A stretch of 64,000 bases of DNA from Octopus sinensis (lineage: Eukaryota), in contig NC_043006.1 in the NCBI RefSeq assembly GCF_006345805.1, positions 21,514,001 to 21,578,000 on the forward strand, given 5' to 3'. Both the position numbers and the translations under genes were made by a program. Numbering within the stretch: the stretch's first letter is position 1; the number at the start of each line of letters is the position of its first letter. This document shows, piece by piece, positions 27,224-40,272 of the stretch. The notes below the pieces were generated by a model that worked only from the letters and a program-made list of their open reading frames with translations, did not search any database and was not told the DNA's origin.

Positions 27224-30200
27224 TTAATTAATAAGGGTGAGAGAATTAGATACTAATTTAATAGTATATTATTCAACACCAAGTGGCCTAGTGCTACGAG
27301 AAACCTGGATTATTATAATATTTTATAACATATTATAATATTTTTACAAAATAAATATAAGAGAGTGGTCACTATATTGCTCACTCTAGCACCAGTTAAT
27401 CCAAAAGTTTTCAACCACGAAAATACATGTTCCCATGAAAGTCAGTACGACTGTTAGCTCACACGGACAGGGCAAATAAAAAATAACAAAAATACAGATT
27501 ATTTTGGGACAATGTTTCGCTATTAATGAATTAAATGTAATATTACTTACAAAAAATCCATTTGTAGCTCGTCAGCCAAGACTATCTGGATGAAATCCAC
27601 TCAATCCACGCCAGATTTTACCATAACGATAAATACGCGTGTGGTTCAATTGATTACATCCGACGTTATAATTCAAATGCCCCAACCAACAGCGCGCCAA
27701 ACTTTCACGGAAAACAAATACAGCATTAGAAATAAATGCAGCATAATTATAATTATTAATAAGGGTGAGAGAATTAGATACTAATTTAATAGTATATTTA
27801 TTCAACACCAAGTGGCCTAGTGCTACGAGAAACCTGGATTATTATAATATTTTATAACATATTATAATATTTTTACAAAATAAATATAAGAGAGTGGTCA
27901 CTATATTGCTCACTCTAGCACCAGTTAATCCAAAAGGTTTCAACCACGAAAATACATGTTTCCCATGAAAGTCAGTACGACTGTTAGCTCACACGGACAG
28001 GGCAAATAAAAAATAAAAAAATACAGATTATTTTGGGACAATTGTTTCGCTATTAATGAATTAAATGTAATATTACTTAAAAAATCCATTTGTAGCTCGT
28101 CAGCCAAGACTATCTGGATGAAATCCACTCAATCACACGCCAGATTTTACCATAACGATAATACGCGTGTGGTTCAATTGATTACATCCGACGTTATAAT
28201 TCAAATGCCCCAACCAACAGCGCGCCAAACTTTCACGGAAAACAAATACAGCATTTAGAAATAAATGCAGCATAATTATAAATTAAAAGGGTGAGAGAAT
28301 TAGATACTAATTTATAGTATATTTATTCAACACCAAGTGGCCTAGTGCTACGAGAAACCTGGATTATTATAATATTTTATACATATTATTATAAATTTTT
28401 ACAAAATAAATATAAGAGAGTGGTCACTATATTGCTCAATCTAGCACCAGTTAATCCAAAAGTTTTCAACCACGAAAATACAGTTTCCCATGAAAGTCAG
28501 TACGACTGTTAGCTCACAGGACAGGGCAAATAAAAAATAACAAAAATACAGATTATTTTGGGACAATGTTTCGCTATAATGAATTAAATGTAATATTACT
28601 TACAAAAAATCCATTTGTAGCTCGTCAGCCAAGACTATCTGGATGAAATCCACTCAATCACACGCCAGATTTTACCATAACGATAATACGCGTGTGGTTC
28701 AATTGATTACATCCGACGTTATAATTCAAATGCCCCAACCAACAGCGCGCCAAACTTTCACGGAAAAACAATACAGCATTTAGAAATAAATGCAGCATAA
28801 TTATAATTAATTAATAAGGGTGAGAGAATTAGATACTAATTTAATAGTATATTTATTCAACACCAAGTGGCCTAGTGCTACGAGAAACCTGGATTATTAT
28901 AATATTTTATAACATATTATAATATTTTTACAAAATAAATATAAGAGAGTGGTCACTATATTGCTCACTCTAGCACCAGTTAATCCAAAAGGTTTCAACC
29001 ACGAAAATACATGTTTCCCATGAAAGTCAGTACGACTGTTAGCTCACACGGACAGGGCAAATAAAAAATAACAAAATACAGATTATTTTGGGACAATTGT
29101 TTCGCTATTAATGAATAAATGTAATATTACTTACAAAAAATCCATTTGTAGCTCGTCAGCCAAGACTATCTGGATGAAATCCACTCAATCACACGCCAGA
29201 TTTTACCATAACGATAAATACGCGTGTGTTCAATTGATTACATCCGACGTTATAATTCAAATGCCCCAACCAACAGCGCGCCAAACTTTCACGGAAAACA
29301 AATACAGCATTTAGAAATAAATGCAGCATAATTATAATTAATTAATAAGGGTGAGAGAATTAGATACTAATTAATAGTATATTTATTCAACACAAGTGGC
29401 CTAGTGCTACGAGAAACCTGGATTATTATAATATTTTATAACATATTATAATATTTTTACAAAATAAATATAAGAGAGTGGTCACTATATTGCTCACTCT
29501 AGCACCAGTTAATCCAAAAGGTTTCAACCACACGAAAATACATGTTTCCCATGAAAGTCAGTACGACTGTTAGCTCACACGGACAGGGCAAATAAAAAAT
29601 AACAAAAATACAGATTATTTTGGGACAATTGTTTCGCTATTAATGAATTAAATGTAATATTACTTACAAAAAATCCATTTGTAGCTCGTCAGCCAAGACT
29701 ATCTGGATGAAATCCACTCAATCACACGCCAGATTTTACCATAACGATAAATACGCGTGTGGTTCAATTGATTACATCCGACGTTATAATTCAAATGCCC
29801 CAACCAACAGCGCGCCAAACTTTCACGGAAAACAAATACAGCATTTAGAATAAATGCAGCATAATTATAATTAATTAATAAGGGTGAGAGAATTAGATAC
29901 TAATTTAATAGTATATTTATTCAACACCAGTGGCCTAGTGCTACGAGAAACCTGGATTATTATAATATTTTATAACATATTATAATATTTTTACAAAATA
30001 AATATAAGAGAGTGGTCACTATATTGCTCACTCTAGCACCAGTTAATCCAAAAGGTTTCAACCACGAAAATACATGTTTCCCATGAAAGTCAGTACGACT
30101 GTTAGCTCACACGGACAGGGCAAATAAAAAATAACAAAAATACAGATTATTTTGGGACAATTGTTTCGCTATTAATGAATTAAATGTAATATTACTTACA

Positions 30201-30366
30201 AAAAATCCATTTGTAGCTCGTCAGCCAAGACTATCTGGATGAAATCCACTCAATCACACGCCAGATTTTACCATAACGATAAATACGCGTGTGGTTCAAT
30301 TGATTACATCCGACGTTATAATTCAAATGCCCCAACCAACAGCGCGCCAAACTTTCACGGAAAACA
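27224..30366 (-). repeat. Tandem array of ~6 near-identical ~530-bp non-coding units, each carrying a type I hammerhead ribozyme
   Basis: The same motif recurs at 27504, 28033, 28558, 29088, 29620 and 30152 (period 525-532). Units differ mainly by 1-nt indels. The array starts right after a (TA)n tract. Confidence 0.95.
30152..30228 (-). ncRNA. Type I hammerhead ribozyme (representative array copy; also 27504-27579, 28033-28107, 28558-28632, 29088-29163, 29620-29696)
   Basis: Minus strand: ttgg CTGACGA gcta-(long imperfect stem II)-tagc GAAA caattg TC ccaa. Stem I ttgg/ccaa, palindromic stem III, GUC cleavage triplet. Confidence 0.88.
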
Positions 30367-30658
30367 CCACACGCGTATTTATCGTTATGGTAAAATCTGG
30401 CGTGTGATTGAGTGGATTTCATCCAGATAGTCTTGGCTGACGAGCTACAAATGGTTTTTGTAAGTAATATACATTTAATTCATTAATAGCGAAACAATTG
30501 TCCCAAAATAATCTGTATTTTTGTTATTTTTATTTGCCCTGTCCGTGTGAGCTAACAGTCGTACTGACTTTCATGGAAACATGTATTTTCGTGGTTGAAA
30601 CCTTTTGGATTAACTGGTGCTAGAGTGAGCAATATAGTGACCACTCTCTTATATTTAT
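30367..30658 (+). repeat. Inverted partial copy of the array unit, with a plus-strand hammerhead at 30433-30506
   Basis: Reverse complement of ~29999-30294, separated by a 72-nt spacer and followed by (TA)n. Confidence 0.92.
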
Positions 30659-30670
30659 ATTATATATGTG

Positions 30671-30717
<47 letters not shown>

Positions 30718-30782
30718 AATATTATATTATATATTTTTATGGGGTGGGGTGCAGAATGATGGATCTTGTTGCGCACATGATG

Positions 30783-31189
30783 CTATTAATAACAGCATTT
30801 AAATATTAGTATATAAAATCCTTTGGGGCAGAAGAAATCCAACGCTTTTCGTGGAACTTGAATCTTCATCTCCTGTAGACATGACAGTTATTTTACCATT
30901 GCTCCAAAGCAATCCTTCGTATTTCTCTGTCGATTTTAGAAACTACTCTTACCAACGAGAATTGGATATCGCTGACGAAAGTTCATAAAATGTTTGACGT
31001 CAACAACATGCAGTTCTCGCTGTAACGATACAGTTTCTAAGATCGATAGAGAAATTCGGGAGTTGCTTTGATTCAATGGTAAAATAACTGTCATGCTCAC
31101 GGGAGATGTTGGTTCAAGTCACATGGGCAGCCTCCGATTTTTTCGGTCCAAATGGATTTCTCAACTCATTATTTATATGCTATTTATAG
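30783..31189. repeat. Degenerate ~400-bp fold-back palindrome (old MITE-like)
   Basis: catgacagttattttaccattg pairs with caatggtaaaataactgtcatg. Pairing continues imperfectly on both sides (tttctctgtcgattttagaaact / agtttctaagatcgatagagaaa). Confidence 0.8.
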
Positions 31190-33123
31190 GTTTATGTGTA
31201 CTTCGAGATCCACTGATCTAAAGAACGCTGCGAATGGAATTTCGTCCACAGTACATAACATGTAGACTGGCAATATGATTTTCCTATACAACAAGAGTGG
31301 GATTAGAGTCTGTGAATTGATATCCTTACCATATAAAGCAATGTTGTTTCCCAATAAGGATAAAGGGAAGTTCTTAAATCCCCACGGACGGTCCAAACTT
31401 TATGCACAAAAACATAGTGTAGTTACCTGTGTCCAGTGTAACTGCCTTCTATTGCTCGTACATTCAATAACAGGTCATTGACCACTACTATCAGGAAGGA
31501 GGAATTTACATCCGATGCCCGTACATGTTGTATTGACGCCTTTTGTGAACAAGAACATTGAAACTTGCATGTTGAGCCACTTACACAGATGACAATTAAG
31601 AAATTTATTCCATTAATATGGAAGAATAAAAAGAATGCTATCACTAGAGAAGTAAGTGCCCTGGTTTATCCCAAAACATTAATGTAATATATTAGTATTT
31701 AGAAGTATGTGCTCTACTTTATCCCAAAGCGCTTTATGTAATATATGAGTATTTTGAAATGTACTGAATGTTCCATAGACTTACTCTAATTGGAAAGCAA
31801 GCGAATCGCTTTCTACTGCTTCAGCCCACCCAATAAACATCTGAAAGAAGGCATTAAGCAAGACTATCTGTAATTATCTGTATAATCAGTGCAATCCAAT
31901 CAAGCCACTTCCTCTTAATTAGTTAGAGAAACAGTAAGCACATGAAGACTACCATAGAACAGCCCAGCAGCTGTATTACTACTTATATGCTATTCTTGTG
32001 ACAGCTTTTTTTCAACTGGATTACATTCTAGCAAGAAATAGGATTAATACCCTCGTTGTGTTAAATTTTAGCACAGAATTGTTTCATCCAATTGTTAGAT
32101 ATGTTACAGCAAGATCAAAGTACCAGCCGGAAATACTATGAAAGAAATCGGCAGAGGAAAGAAACTGGTAATGCTAACATATCCAAGGAGTTCACCGCTG
32201 CACCAAACAACTGTTTCATTAAGCATTGTGACAGCCTTGAGGACAAAAGTAGCGGTGCTGCATGTGTCATCCTTGGTAATGCCAACAGTGACATATCACT
32301 GAAATTGTTCCATATGAAGATGCTAATCTTTGCTTTCAATGAGATGGTAACAAGGGCCAGAGCGGATTTGCAGTGAGTAGCACAGCAGCATCAACCGAGG
32401 TCTACTAGGAATAATGAAAGCAAATTTGAATCGCATTTTATTAAACGTATGAGATACTAGAACACATCAAGTCCGGAAGTGGAGGACTCGAAAGAGTCTA
32501 CGATCAATAAAGAAATATGAGGCTGCTCTGAGGCAACAGATCATCAACAGGGCTTCTCTAGTGATCCACATTGTAAGCAAAGAATACTGACCAGCAGCTT
32601 AGATGTTTTGCTTCATAACAACGGATTGCTTCTGGAAAACAGAGCTACACTGAATTAAACTTCATAATCCATACGACCACGCTAGTCCCTCATGTTATCA
32701 TACAAACTAAGAAGCAATTTTTTTACTGTTTCATTCCATATTCATATAAACGAGAGAAATATGTGAAAAATATTTTCGATTTTTCCCTTTTCAAACTTTT
32801 TTTTTTTAACTTTTGAAAAAATAAATTGAAAATGTGAGAGATAATGATGTAGTTAATAAGTGAATTAATGTAAAATAAATTAAATATGTCATGTTTGCCT
32901 ATATTCCATATATATTTCTCGAAATTTGAAAATACATATCCTTTACACTTTTTTTTACCATCCCTCGCTTTGTCTCTGTTTCTCTGTCTTTCTTTCTCTT
33001 TCTCTCTCATGGTCCGTCCACCTGGCGTACGCGTCAAAAACAATTAGTTGATATGATAATTTCGGTATAACTTTGAAATTTTCTCATACCACTCACAGGA
33101 CATTTACGTAACTAAATATTGGT

Positions 33124-33207
<84 letters not shown>

Positions 33208-33742
33208 GAGACAGCTAGATAGATATAGAATACATAGAAAGATATTATAGCTATTATTATTTCTTATATTATGATGATTAGTATGAAATGATAAAGATCA
33301 TACGTCTTATTCAGTTACTGGATTTAAATATTGTTTACTGCAAGTAATTAATTATAAAACTCAATATTTAATACATTTGGGTTTTCCATGGATACGCATT
33401 TGTATGTATATCTATACGCATATGCATACATACATATACATGTATATATATGTGAGTATGTGTGTGTGTGCATGTGTGTGTGTACGTGGTAATGTATATA
33501 TGTATCTATAGTATTATGTATCTTTTGCGTCTAGAGATTAAAAAATGTACTGTATATGTGTATTTATATGATAATCAGATATGCAGTTCAGTAACTATGG
33601 GGAAAGGATGCGTTTTAGATGACGCATTTTGACTAACGTTGTGAGATAGTAAATGTAAAACGTATTTTTAAGCTAATTATTGTCTCGAGGGCTTGATATT
33701 CATTATAAATCAAGATGGCTGTGCCTGATTAATTAATATATA

Positions 33743-35361
33743 CACTGCATGTCAAATTATTAGGCAGCTCAGCTTTTTCGCAAGAACACAGTAGCCATAC
33801 GTTCGAATCCAGATATTTTCCCACTGCACGATGATAACACCCATTTGCATGTACTGTGCCAAAATAAATTTGATGCACCCATACGTAAAGAAACAACGGC
33901 CCTTTTTGTTAATAGGCATCATTTTTACTGTCCTAAATTATTAGGTAGGTCTACTAAAAATGCTAATTATGCAAAAACAAACATTTATTTAATGCAACAA
34001 TTAATTTTTAACAGCAAATATAATCATAAAGGACTTTATAATGAACATAATAATATGGTTGAATGGAAACGATACAAGAAATATGACATCATAAAGTTCT
34101 TTATCCACACATCTGTCGATGCTCTCGGTGTCAGGGGTTGACTTGCTTTCTCTTCTGCGGGTCTTACGAATAGCAAAGGACCTCGTTTCGGACTTCTCTC
34201 AAGAGACGAAGACCGCTTCCCTCAACAAACAAACAAACAAACAAACAAACAAACAAAACAGCATCCACAATAACTTTCCAGAATGTTGTCCTTCGTTGAA
34301 AACTGTCGTCCATCTTGATATATCTTCCTCTTCAGAACACTCCATAGATTATCAATCGGGTTTAATTTGGGTGAACACGTTGGCCACTTCATCAAACGGT
34401 GTTCAGAGAAGCCTAATTGCTGTAGGTATTCCAGAGATTTCTTAGCTGCATGGGAGGGCGCATTATCTTGCATAAATACCAGCATTCTCTTTAATGAAAC
34501 TTTCTGCTTCTTCAACCATGGCTTAAAATTGTCCTCCAAAAAGGCAGCACAGGCATTAGATGTCATCTTAATTCCGTCTGGAACTTTCCAAGGACCTGCC
34601 CAAATCATCATCCCGCCTTCCCTTTGTTGGTGTCTCAAACAATGAGAACGATTTCCGTTAATTGCAACCCAACCTTTAATCCACCCGTTTGGTCCGTCTA
34701 GAGTAGCACGGCATTCATCAGTAAAGAGAACTTTTGAAAAATCTATCTTCATGCAGTCTTCTGCCCATTTGACTCTATTTTGTTTATGAACACCCTTCAC
34801 ATGGGTGTCTTGTAACATGTTTTACGTTCTTGGCTACCTGCTTCAGGGGGCAACACCTGGTAGATTTCGAAATGTCTACCCTACCACACTTCTCGACTAG
34901 TCAGACACGTGTTCTTCGCAACTTCTTTCGTTATACGTGACAGGGTACGCCTGGAAACAACCCTCGATTTACCCTTGTCAGCCCTCGAACGGACAGCAGA
35001 AGACTCCACAAATTTCTTCACAGTTCGATGAACCTTTCCCGGGATTTTTGATATTTCCAATGTCGTTTTTGTTTTTCCAAGCTCTGAGACAATGATGGAC
35101 TTCTCATTTGATGTTAAATCACGTTTTTGACTCATAATAACACATTTATTGGACATTTGCCAATAATTTAGGACGGTAAAAGTGTTGCTGTTTCACGAAA
35201 ATGGCCGCCGTTTGTTTACATCTGCACGGATCCAATTTATTTTACTACAGTATGTGCAGGCAGATGTTGCCATCATTCAGTGAAAAAATATATGGATTCG
35301 AACGAATAAATACTCTATTATTTCGAAGAAACACAGCTGCCTAATGATTTAACACGCAGAG
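33743..35361 (-). mobile_element. Full-length, decayed Tc1/mariner transposon (DD37E spacing, long IR/DR-type TIRs, TA target duplication)
   Basis: TA|CACTGCATGTCAAATTATTAGGCAGCT ... AGCTGCCTAATGATTTAACACGCAGAG|TA. TIRs are ~215 bp with an inner repeat of aaattatt(a)gg. Transposase pieces at 35156-34881 (HTH) and 34818-34222 (FTDECR, QDNAPSH, SPKLNPID). Confidence 0.93.
34070..35156 (-). pseudogene. Tc1-like transposase pseudogene
   Basis: Stop and frameshift near 34880, catalytic E replaced by D, and an insertion at ~34131-34260 separating the C-terminal VDKELYDVI. Confidence 0.88.
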
Positions 35362-35429
35362 TATATTGCTTGCTAGACTAGCGCTTGCGGATCGTGAGTA
35401 AATTATAAAAAAAGCGTGATTCTTATTTT

Positions 35430-35621
35430 ATCTGTTACTTATTTCAGCCATTTGACTGCGGTCATGCTAGGGCAACGACTTGTAGAGTTTTAGTCCAAGA
35501 AATTGACCCCAATACTTATATTTCAATGCCTGATATTTTTTATCGGTCTGACCGCCAATTTACGGAAACGTAAACAAACTAACATCGGTTGGTGGTGAGA
35601 AACATAAACTCCCTCTCTCTT

Positions 35622-35653
<32 letters not shown>

Positions 35654-35877
35654 GCGCTCACGCACATATGTATGTACGTATGTATGTTTGTTTATATGTA
35701 TGCATGTATGTGTGTATATAACGGGCTTCTTTCAGTTTCCGTCTGCCAAATCCACTCACAAGTCTTTGGTCGGCCAGGTGCTATGGTAGAAGACACTTGC
35801 CCAAGATACCACGCAGTAGGACTGAACCCACTACCATGTGCCTGGGAAGCAACTTCTTACCACAAAGCCACGCCTGC
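35430..35877 (-). mobile_element. Diverged SINE family A
   Basis: cttctttcagtttccgtctgccaaatccactcacaag motif and a decayed tail. Confidence 0.7.
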
Positions 35878-36596
35878 TCTTGTAAACTTTAGATAAACAG
35901 AACTTAAAATGAATTCATTAATAGGTAATATTTCTTTTAACTGTCATCAACGAATGTTATTTTCGGATTACTTGCGAGTTTATTTCTGGTTTGATGTAGG
36001 TTCATTACGGGAAGATTTTATTAATGACAAACGTACACAACACTTTCCTTTGAATTACGCTGTTTTCTATCTGATATATTCTGTTTCCCTTGAGCTACCC
36101 TTTCTCTGTGGTAACATTATGCCAACATCTCGCTTTTCCTGAGGTTGAAATTTTGTTTTTCTCATATTTAACATACCCTGTGTGATATGGCAACTCTTTC
36201 GCGAGAGTTATAACTATTTTCACTGAAGCAGAATCTTCGTTTTCTTAGTAAAAACCCATTATGCAACGGTAACATTTCTCTGGAAGTTTTCCATCCTATT
36301 CAATTTCCCTAGATATATCCTCACCTTTTACGTGTGGTATTTATTTCTCTTTCTATTTAACGATCTGACTGATACTTGGAAAGGCAGTATGTTCTGTAAG
36401 TATTGAACTTTGATTTCTTCGGGGCATTCTTTCCTTTAAGCCTGAAGTGAAATCATGTGTTAAGAATACCAAACAACGTACAAGTTATGTACATGAGACA
36501 AAGTATGATGTTGTGCATTATGGTAAATCCGGTGCTTTGTAGAAAGGATTATTCAAGAGTCCCTTTATTATATATGTATGTATATATATATGTATA

Positions 36597-36669
<73 letters not shown>

Positions 36670-36786
36670 CGCATTCATATGTGTGTGTGTGTGTGAATAT
36701 ATTTTGACATTCAATCAAAAGGTTCGATTCCTAGTTCCACCAACATGAAATGAAAGGCACTTTATTTCCCTTTATTCTAGTTTTTA

Positions 36787-37122
36787 GTGGCATATGGCTC
36801 AGTGGTTAGAGCGTCGAGCTTACGATCGTGAGGTTGTGAGCTCGAATCCCGGACCGGGCTGCGTGTTGTGTTCTTGAGCAAGACACTTTATTTCACGTTG
36901 CTCCAGTTCACTCAGCTGTAGAAATGAGTTGCGACGTCACTGGTGCCAAGCTGTATTTGTCTTTCCCTTGGATAACACTGGTGGCGTGGAGAGGGGAGGC
37001 TGGTATGCATAGGCGACTGCTGGTCTTCTATAAACAACCTTGCCCGGACTTGTGTCTAGGTAGGTAACTTTCTAGGTGCAATCCCATGGTCATTCATGAC
37101 CGAAGGGGGTCTTTACCCTTTA
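36787..37122 (+). mobile_element. tRNA-derived SINE family E (central domain shared with C)
   Basis: tggctcagtggttagagcg...ttcttgagcaagacactttatttcacgttgctccag, with a distinct tail ending gaccgaagggggtctttaccc. Confidence 0.88.
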
Positions 37123-37242
37123 CAATGAATACCAGCTGAATGCTGGTGTAACTCTGCACTTTTCTACTTGTACAAACTGTATTACATGATACAAATTATC
37201 CAGGATTCCAAGTTACGGCCATGGCACGTACATATACATATA

Positions 37243-37450
37243 TTCTTTTATTCGTTTTAGTCATTTGACTGCGGCCATGCTGTAGCACCGCCTTTAGTCG
37301 AACAAATCGACTCCAGAACTTATTCTTTGTAAGCCTAGTACTTATTCCATCGGTGTCTTTTGCCGAACCGCTAAATCACGGGGACATAAACACAACAGTA
37401 TCGGTTGTGAAGCGATGCTGGGGGGACAAAGACAGACACACAAACACGCA

Positions 37451-37521
<71 letters not shown>

Positions 37522-37709
37522 ACATATATATATATAAATATATATATATACGATGGTTCTCTGTTTTCGACTACCAAGTCCACTCACAAGGCTTTCGTCG
37601 GCCCGAGGCTATAGCAGAAGACACTTGCCCAAGGTGCCATGCACTGGTACTGAACCCGGAACCATCTTGTTGGTAAGCAAGCTACTTATCACACAGCCAT
37701 TCGTGCGCC
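37243..37709 (-). mobile_element. SINE family A
   Basis: Reverse-complement copy with an expanded (CA)n. Confidence 0.88.
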
Positions 37710-37770
37710 TATATATACATAAATATACATACATACATACATACATACATACATACATACATACATACAT

Positions 37771-37817
<47 letters not shown>

Positions 37818-37916
37818 AACCTTACAATTAATTTGTCGTATTTACATACCGAAATTTACCGGTAAATAATTGTTGGTTACATGAAAAACCACAGGAAAAT
37901 TATTTACCATTTTTAT

Positions 37917-37952
<36 letters not shown>

Positions 37953-38000
37953 TCGTTAGCTACTACACGCATTTTTCTCTCTCCTTGTTTTTTTCTGAGT

Positions 38001-38040
38001 ATCTTTCTGTGGAAGAGCGTAGGGTCGTAACGTAAAAGAC
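38001..38040 (+). ncRNA. Degenerate minimal hammerhead relic
   Basis: tcttt CTGTGGA agagc gtag ggtc GTAA cg TA aaaga. The layout matches minimal Penelope-type HHRs but two core positions are mutated. Confidence 0.4.
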
Positions 38041-38139
38041 TTTTTCTATTCCTGAGTGCTATACTAATACATTTGTTTGTTTTTACACCACCTGCCTTCG
38101 TCTTTTGTTTATTTTCGTAAACTTTCCCTTTATATATAA

Positions 38140-38179
<40 letters not shown>

Positions 38180-38691
38180 TATATATTATATATATATACG
38201 TTTTCTGTTAAAATAAAAGCAATTTTCCATTAATCTGATGGTTACTCTATATTTTTGTGGAGTACAAATTTATTTTTCTTAAACAAGAATATCATTGACA
38301 GTAATTCGAAGCTTCGACCAGCTAAGCCATCGTCGGATTGCGATGCATTGAAGTCAATCTTGGCTTTATATAGTCTCTGTTAAGATAAACTCTTTCTTGG
38401 GTATGTTGGTTTGAGTGGAGTAGTAATTAGGTTGGAGGCTTTATTGCGATAGAGATGTATTTTGTAGAGGTTTTTATTGATTAAATTGGGAGTTATGTTA
38501 CTGTTTAGAATTTATTCATGTACGTAAATCCTTGTAAGTAGTTGTGTATATTTAGGTGTGTTCCCTTCAGGCCATGGAACTGGTTTTAGTGGTTCACAAA
38601 AACGATGGGGGTAGGTCTAGGTTATGCCAGTAGTTTTAGTTATATTTGGTTTTATTGGATTCAATCCTTTGTTTTCATAATATTTGAACGT

Positions 38692-39073
38692 GGAGGCGCA
38701 ATGGCCCAGTGGTTAGGGCAGCGGACTCGCGGTCGTAGGATCGCGGTTTCGATTCCCAGACCGGGCGTTGTGAGTGTTTATTGAGCGAAAACACCTAAAG
38801 CTCCACGAGACTCAGGCAGGGGATGGTGGTGATCCCTGCTGTACTCTTTCACCACAACTTTCTCTCACTCTTACTTCCTGTTTCTGTTGTACCTGTATTT
38901 CAAAGGGCCGGCCTTGTCACTCTCTGTGTCACGCTGAATATCGCCGAGAACTACGTTAAGGGTACACGTGTCTGTGGAGTGCTCAGCCACTTACACGTTA
39001 ATTCCACGAGCAGGCTGTTCCGTTGATTCGGATCAACCGGAACCCTCATCGTCGTAACCGACGGAGTGCTTCC
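38692..39073 (+). mobile_element. tRNA-derived SINE family D (3' tail shared with family C)
   Basis: ggaggcgcaatggcccagtggttaggg...gtttcgattccc; TSD aatatttgaac. Confidence 0.9.
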
Positions 39074-40272
39074 AATATTTGAACACTGTAGAGCTTATTA
39101 ATGACATAATTTGTAAGTTTCAGAGATTTAACATAGTTGCCACGATGCTCCTTTTTTAACATAATTACCTAAAGTTAACCGGTCAATCAAACTAGTTACG
39201 TATATTGACTACAGACACAACACAGTGTTGTTGACAGCATATAAACTTCTCATCTCTTAGATGATTGTGAGGTACGCTATCTTCTTGTTCATTCACACTT
39301 CCATACGAAATACAATGTGTAATTATTCACCGGTTATCGCATTCGTGTTCGTTCGTCCGTCAAAGCGACGATTCCCATCTATTCAATCTTAAGGATGACG
39401 GATGCCTTGGGCAGTGACTTTACTCAAAGTGAAGGAGTGTGGTGCACCGTCAACTTCATCTCTCGTCTCTGACCAACTTAAATCATTTGTTGGATCAGTT
39501 CAAACGACTGGAGATAGAGAGAGAGATGCAGCGAGTGATTAACATGGCTTCATTTTATTCCCTGCACACCACAATGCGTTGCTACAGATTCCTTCCTTTC
39601 CTTTGAATCATAAAGGCTCCTTACGCAGAGTCGATCTGATCCAGTTTTCAAATCCAGTCTTCATATGCTAATATGCTAATTTCCCCATGGCTGAGAGCCT
39701 GACAGGTGCTACTAGTCTGTGTCAGAGTAGGCCTGGGAACAATACTGGTCGAGAAATGGTTCTACATTCCTTAAAACTCTGTGATTTCTGTATCAGAGCC
39801 CCACTAACGAATGCAGTTTAAAGTCATACCCGTGTCTGGTTTATGACAAGAGGAGATTGAACTATACATTGATATATCCTTACTGTGTCTATTGATTGAG
39901 TTTGAGAGATAACGTACCAATCTAAAATTCAAAGATGAATAGTTATCACTTCTACGACATAAACTGCATCTAGAAAATACACCTAAACCACGAGAGTTAA
40001 CAGTTACTTGGTGTGTTTTATAACTTATTTCAAGTGTTGTGGTCGCGTATTTGCTTCCTTAAAACATTTCTTTATTAACATCGTCCAACTGTCTTAGTTT
40101 TCCAAGTTAGCAAAGTTTAAATAGCTCTCAATCATTTCTCTATTTTTCAAAGTAAAATTGATCCCAATCTGACCGGCTTTAGTCCATGCTCCATCCAGTG
40201 GGGTGCTCAAGATTTATTTTATGCTAGGCTAATAACCGGTATAAATGCAAGGGATTGGAGGTAGTTTATACC

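Noticed and set aside
38300-38340. Minus-strand CCGACGA...GAAGCTTC motif
   Set aside because: Several core and stem mismatches; too degenerate to call.
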